64,000 bases of DNA from Deferribacterales bacterium (lineage in GTDB: Bacteria > Chrysiogenota > Deferribacteres > Deferribacterales > Geovibrionaceae): contig JBFWJS010000001.1 of NCBI GenBank assembly GCA_050253075.1, positions 224,001 through 288,000 of the forward strand, written 5' to 3'. Positions within the stretch are counted from its first letter, which is position 1. Each line of letters opens with the position of its first letter. Under the pieces are notes generated by a model. The model ran no database searches, was not told the DNA's origin, and saw nothing but the letters and a program-made list of their open reading frames with translations. The translations under genes were made by a program, and so were the position numbers. Positions 59,326 to 64,000 of the stretch are shown in pieces.

Positions 59326-61719
59326 CTATACCGCCAGTTTGGTGCTTGTGAGCGGGTGAGTCTCCTCACTTTTCGCTCTCTCTGTGAATAGATCCTCCAG
59401 AACCACATCCCAGTTGAAATTAGCTAAGACACGCTCTCTGGCGTTTCCGCAAAGCTGGTCAAATGCGTCTCTGTTTGTCTGATACATCTTTATCATTTCT
59501 TCCAGTTTCATGAACCAGTCCTGAAAATCGTCAGCCTTGGCCACATATCCCGTGACCCTGTCTTTTATTATCTCTTTCGGCCCGCCCATGTTGGAGACCA
59601 GTGCGGGGAGTCCGCACGCCTGAGATTCCAGCACTACCATGCCGAAGGTATCCGTATTGCTCGGGAAGATGAACATGTCTGCATCTGCGTATACCTCTGG
59701 CATACGGCTGTGGTCGAGCTCGCCTCTTATGTCTATGTTCTCCCTCCCTGCTGCCCACTTTTCCACAGTTTCGCTGTATGGGCCGTGGCCTGCTATGATG
59801 AGGTTTATCTCGTGCTTGCGCTCCATCTCGTCGAACAGACGCATGAGAAAGTCAAAGTTCTTATCCTTTGAGACACGTCCTCCGTAGCAGAGGGTGAACG
59901 GAGTATCCGTCTTTTTATCCACGGGGCGGAAGAGCTTCGTGTCTATACCTCTGCGGAAGACGCTCATTTTATGTCTGCCGATGCCTCTGTTTTCGAGGTA
60001 GTCCATGTATTGCTCGGATGTGGTCTTCAGCTCTGTCACAGAGTCAAAGAACCATCTGGTATACCACTCCACAAGGTTTGTGAGGGAGTCGTTCTTCGCT
60101 ATCTCGTGCACTTCCCCAGTGAAGTCCGTGTGATATATCCCCGTACTCTTCACAGACAGCAGTCTGCTGGCGAGCAGTCCCACCAGCCCCACAGGGCCGG
60201 GTGTGGAGATGTATACCTCGTCAGGCTCGAAGTCGTATATGTCCTCAAGTGCCGCTATGACGGAAGGTATCTTGATGTGCAGTTTTTCATAGTAAGGCAG
60301 CTTGAATGATGTCACGGGTTTCAGGTTCATAAGGTTTGCGGGTATCCTGTGGTCGAGCTCTTCGGGCAGGAGTGAGGAGACCAGCTTAAGGTCGTAACCC
60401 TTTTCGTCTGCCAGCCTGCCTATGGTTCGGAGTGTCACGGACACGCCGTTCAGGTCGTTTATGGTATCGGTGAACCACAGTATGCGCTTCCTGCGGGGGG
60501 CAGTGCTGTAGTTGTATTTATCATTAAGCTCGCCGAGGAGCTCTCTGTCTTTGTATATCTGGTTGAAAGAGCTGAAGAACGGTATGGAAACGAACATCCC
60601 CGGCAGTGCCGTGGTCAGGCTGTGGTACAGGTCGTCCATGCTGATGTCGTTTATGTCCTTTGCGAGGTTAGACGCCATCATGCGGAAGTATTCGTCTGCT
60701 ATGTCCGATGCCTTTCTGTATACCATGTTCAGCTTGTGCTCGATGTTGTCGAAGGTCTCGGTGCTCATCTCCTCCACCAGCTCCGCCAGCATAACGTTTA
60801 TCTTATTCCCTCTGCTCTCGGATTTCATCTTGAAGCCCTTCATTTTTATGCGCTCGATGAGGTTTGGCTTTTCCTGTTCGAAGATGTACTTTGTTATCTT
60901 GCTGAACAGACCGCCTGCGAAGTGCACGCTCTTCTTCGTGCGGGAAAAGTCGTATGCGATCTTATAAACAGTGAACGCCAGAGAGTGAAAGTCGGAGTAT
61001 CTCCCTGAGTGACGGCACTCTTTATTACGCAGTCTTTCAAGGTATTCCTGCGGGCTTTCCGCTCTGGTGAGGGTATATGTTTTCCCGAGAAAGAGCCCTG
61101 CGTGGTCGTCTGACCCGGCGGTGAAGCCCTTCACCCACGGATTATTACTCATGGGCTCTATGCGGTATCTGGTATAGAGATTCTCCATCGTCAGCGGTGT
61201 CAGGTTTTCGAGGGTGCGCACCCATGTTGTGTTGTGCAGTTTCCCTCTGCCTCCGTTTATCCCTTCGAAAACATCGAAGAGGAGCATCAGCTTTTCAAGG
61301 TGGTGGAGCTGAAGCCTGCCGTTCACGCTGAATGTGGCGTGGGCTACGGAATATGCTATGCCGTTCGCCTTTATATAGTCTCTGAATGCGTATATATCTT
61401 TTCTCAGCCTGTCCAGCTCCTCGAACTGCTCACGGGTGAAGCCGAAGCAGAGGATGTGCACCTTGCACCCGTCTTCGGGGAAATAGACTGTGAACTCTGT
61501 GCCTGTGAATGTATCTTCGGGATACTTCTGTGTGAGATACCATGATGCTTCCATATTGTTATGGTCGGTTATGGTTACAAAATCCATCCCTCTGCTCTTT
61601 GCAGTTTTATAAATAAAATCGGGCTCCGTATACGACTCCGCCGCTCCGATCCTCTGAAGGAACCATTCAGACGGGTGTTTCGAAAATTTTGAGTGGCAGT
61701 GCAGGTCTGCTTGAGCCAT
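59326..61719 (-). CDS. PHP-like phosphoesterase fused to a GT4 (GT-B) glycosyltransferase
   Basis: DLHCHS, TITDHN, AGSDDH (PHP); NGVS, STPGPVG, YHTDF, GRVSKDKN, DTFGMVVLESQACGLP (GT4); ATG at 61719 follows RBS GAGGT. Confidence 0.88.
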   Translation of the reverse strand: MAQADLHCHSKFSKHPSEWFLQRIGAAESYTEPDFIYKTAKSRGMDFVTITDHNNMEASWYLTQKYPEDTFTGTEFTVYFPEDGCKVHILCFGFTREQFEELDRLRKDIYAFRDYIKANGIAYSVAHATFSVNGRLQLHHLEKLMLLFDVFEGINGGRGKLHNTTWVRTLENLTPLTMENLYTRYRIEPMSNNPWVKGFTAGSDDHAGLFLGKTYTLTRAESPQEYLERLRNKECRHSGRYSDFHSLAFTVYKIAYDFSRTKKSVHFAGGLFSKITKYIFEQEKPNLIERIKMKGFKMKSESRGNKINVMLAELVEEMSTETFDNIEHKLNMVYRKASDIADEYFRMMASNLAKDINDISMDDLYHSLTTALPGMFVSIPFFSSFNQIYKDRELLGELNDKYNYSTAPRRKRILWFTDTINDLNGVSVTLRTIGRLADEKGYDLKLVSSLLPEELDHRIPANLMNLKPVTSFKLPYYEKLHIKIPSVIAALEDIYDFEPDEVYISTPGPVGLVGLLASRLLSVKSTGIYHTDFTGEVHEIAKNDSLTNLVEWYTRWFFDSVTELKTTSEQYMDYLENRGIGRHKMSVFRRGIDTKLFRPVDKKTDTPFTLCYGGRVSKDKNFDFLMRLFDEMERKHEINLIIAGHGPYSETVEKWAAGRENIDIRGELDHSRMPEVYADADMFIFPSNTDTFGMVVLESQACGLPALVSNMGGPKEIIKDRVTGYVAKADDFQDWFMKLEEMIKMYQTNRDAFDQLCGNARERVLANFNWDVVLEDLFTERAKSEETHPLTSTKLAV

Positions 61720-61743
61720 TATGCTACCTCGCTTGGTTTTACA

Positions 61744-61852
61744 CGTCACTGCGAGCGCAGCGCGGCAGTCTTCCAAATGAAGATGAAAGCGAAACAAGTT
61801 CGCTATTCTCACTTCGTTCGAAAGCTTCACCCTGTTCAGGGTTCGCAATGAC
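61744..61852. repeat. CGTC-tagged palindromic repeat element, family C
   Basis: Ends GTCACTGCGA / TCGCAATGAC (9/10 inverted match); internal hairpins AGCGAAACAAGTTCGCT and ACCCTG-TT-CAGGGT. Confidence 0.65.
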
Positions 61853-62043
61853 ATATTGTATTCATTACTATTTTCCTTTTATCTATATGCCCGCCATGTC
61901 AGCATTACTTCTTTAAAGTGTTAAAGTATTGTCATATAACTCCTTATTTTGCTCTTATCTGAATATTATTTAACAAAACCTCAACCGTTGTCTGACAACC
62001 CGTATCTATATTTTGAAAAAGGTACATTTATTATGAGGTAAAT

Positions 62044-62922
62044 ATGACTGCAGTCAGAAAGAAACTCGTTCCGAAAAAGGTCAAGAGAGCCGCAAAGGCA
62101 CTCAGCAACATTTCAAAGACTTTCCGTTTCCGCATCAGGACATACCGCCCGAATGTAAAAATATATGAGGAGAACAGCCGATTCATCATCAAAACCGTGG
62201 AAAACGGCTCCGAGCTGATGGATGTGCTGAAGCTCCGCTATGAGGTCTTTTACAGCGAATATGTCGGCGAAGTTTCCGACGACGGAGTTTCAGGCATCGA
62301 TGTGGATAAGTTCGACATTCTTTTCGACCACCTCGCCATAATAGATAAAAAGACAGGCAAGCCCGTGGGTACATACAGGCTGAACTGCACCAGATTCAAC
62401 GAGAAGTTCTACTCCGCCAAAGAATTCAAGATGAAGAGTATACAAGAGCTCGAAGGCCATAAGATAGAGCTGGGGCGTGCGTGCGTACACCCCGACTTTC
62501 GCAACGGCATGACGATAACAGCCCTGTGGAAGGGACTCGGTGCATATATGAAGGCAACAGACAGCAGATACATGTTCGGCTGTTCCTCCATCCACGCTGA
62601 GGATTCTTTTCAGGTGGCGCTGATCCACCACTGGCTGAACGAATACATGGACACAGAGCACGACAGCATACGCCCGAAGAAGAAGTTCAGAGACGCAAGG
62701 CTCGAGCCGACTCTGGTGAAAACATCCGAAGAACGCTTCGCACCTTTCCGTGAGGCAGCGGGCAGTCTGGTTCCTCCGCTCCTCCTCTCATACCTGAAAG
62801 CGGGCGGGTCGGTATGCGGAATGCCTGCACAGGACAAGGCTTTCAGATGCTACGACTATCTCACCCTCCTCGATAGGGAAAAGATGGACAAAGGCTTTGT
62901 AAGGAAATTTTTAGGTAAATAA
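62044..62922 (+). CDS. GNAT N-acyltransferase, OlsB-like (acyl-ACP:amino acid)
   Basis: LRYEVF, DVDKFD..FDHL, VGTYRL, FYSAKEF, ELGRACVHPDFR, YMFGCSS, PPLLLSYL. Confidence 0.8.
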   Translation: MTAVRKKLVPKKVKRAAKALSNISKTFRFRIRTYRPNVKIYEENSRFIIKTVENGSELMDVLKLRYEVFYSEYVGEVSDDGVSGIDVDKFDILFDHLAIIDKKTGKPVGTYRLNCTRFNEKFYSAKEFKMKSIQELEGHKIELGRACVHPDFRNGMTITALWKGLGAYMKATDSRYMFGCSSIHAEDSFQVALIHHWLNEYMDTEHDSIRPKKKFRDARLEPTLVKTSEERFAPFREAAGSLVPPLLLSYLKAGGSVCGMPAQDKAFRCYDYLTLLDREKMDKGFVRKFLGK

Positions 62923-63687
62923 ATGCTCCGTATACTGAAACTGACCGTCACCGTCTTTCTGCTCTCGGTATATATCATCGGCGCAATGATACTTCGCTTT
63001 TACGCCGTGACAGAGGTTAATAAACGCCGTGTCGGTGCATGGTGGACGACAAAGCTGTGCCGTCTGGGCATCAGAGTCTTCGGCATCAGCGTAGAAAGGA
63101 AGAATACAGAATACCTCGAACCAACAGGGAAGATCATCATATCAAACCACATGTCCTATCTGGACATTATAATCTATGCATCCATCAGACCGTCCGTCTT
63201 CATCTCATCCGTGGAAATGCAGAAGACGCCTTTCCTCGGCTTCATCGCCACCCTCGGCGGGACATTTTTCGTCGAACGCCGTGACCCTAAGCTGATAAAG
63301 CTGGAGATAGGCAAGATGGCAGAGCTGGTGAACGAAGGATTCAATGTATACCTCTTTCCCGAGGGGACATCCACCGACGGCTCACAGATACTCCCCTTCC
63401 GCTCGTCGCTGCTGGCGGCTGCATCGGGAGCGAATGTTGAGGTAGTTCCCGCATGTATCAGATATAAGACGATAGACGGAGCAGAATTTTCCGCCAAAAA
63501 CTGCGACTATGTGTGCTGGTACGGCGACATGAGCTTTGCCCCGCACCTGTGGAACTTCCTCAGCACCGACTGCATAGAGGCAAAGGCGGCTTTCTTCCAC
63601 CCGATACACTCCGCCACTGCAAACAGGAAAGAGATAACACAGCTGGCGCATCAGCTCATCACGGAGGAGTACTTCACCGCTGCCTGA
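62923..63687 (+). CDS. Lysolipid O-acyltransferase (PlsC/OlsA-like)
   Basis: SNHMSYLDI (HxxxxD), GTFFVER, LFPEGTSTDG, WYGDM; abuts the olsB-like gene. Confidence 0.85.
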   Translation: MLRILKLTVTVFLLSVYIIGAMILRFYAVTEVNKRRVGAWWTTKLCRLGIRVFGISVERKNTEYLEPTGKIIISNHMSYLDIIIYASIRPSVFISSVEMQKTPFLGFIATLGGTFFVERRDPKLIKLEIGKMAELVNEGFNVYLFPEGTSTDGSQILPFRSSLLAAASGANVEVVPACIRYKTIDGAEFSAKNCDYVCWYGDMSFAPHLWNFLSTDCIEAKAAFFHPIHSATANRKEITQLAHQLITEEYFTAA

Positions 63688-63773
63688 TATTTTGTCCATA
63701 GCCAAAGAATAAAAGTCTTTTGTTAACCCTTCCGATTGTATAGAATACCCTATAACTTATTCGGAGGCAGACT

Positions 63774-64000
63774 ATGTCTATGACAGATCAAACAATCGTT
63801 ATCCACCTCAGTTCCGATGATCCTTTTAAGGCGGGGAAGGCCATCAGATTCGCTAAGAAATCACTCGACCACGCAGAGCACTCTGTGATATACCTCTCTG
63901 CTCACGGTGTTAAAGTAGTGCAGAGATCCTCCGAGGGATTCACTATCCCCGGCACAGATATAAACTCGCTGGACGCCATCCGTGAATTCCTGAAAGACGG
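63774..64000 (+). CDS. Probable DsrE-like protein, N-terminal part (runs off window end)
   Basis: RBS GGAGG; MSMTDQTIVIHLSSDDPFKAGKAIRFA...VIYLSAHGV...IREFLKDG. Confidence 0.5.
   Translation, partial: MSMTDQTIVIHLSSDDPFKAGKAIRFAKKSLDHAEHSVIYLSAHGVKVVQRSSEGFTIPGTDINSLDAIREFLKD

Noticed and set aside
61720..61854. 45-aa N-terminal extension of the PHP-GT protein in the ORF track
   Set aside because: It is the translation of a palindromic repeat; the ATG at 61719 has a good RBS and starts the PHP motif.

Overview
Core-genome window of an anaerobic Gram-negative bacterium; the gene content and order suggest Deferribacterales (Denitrovibrio-like), which is an inference. Housekeeping content: rpsF-ssb-rpsR, dapL, a 5'-nucleotidase, a dnaA with no dnaN next to it, purMN, coaD/rsmD/rnc, the yceD-rpmF-plsX-fabHDG-acpP-fabF cluster, hisF/hisE, thiCEL under a TPP riboswitch, trkAH, hypF, an oligopeptide ABC transporter, secG/tpiA, parA-parB-bactofilin and znuCB. 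I saw no rRNA, tRNA, CRISPR array or transposase. Most notable observations: (1) a six-gene polyphosphate operon (sixA-CHAD-ParA-like ATPase-ppx-degenerate ppx-ppk1), a candidate polyP-granule positioning system; (2) a small GIY-YIG nuclease gene bracketed by 68-bp palindromic direct repeats, with a half-copy of the repeat in-frame inside thiL; (3) a divergent OlsB/OlsA-like and PHP-glycosyltransferase/radical SAM locus with 11-bp-phased Pho-box-like repeats; (4) adjacent Csd6-like and Csd4-like peptidoglycan-trimming genes; (5) a RomR-like acidic response regulator; (6) a CDF transporter whose N-terminus has no canonical start codon; (7) a 36-aa Cys-rich ORF missing from the ORF track. All functional calls come from motif recognition only; no database searches were run.
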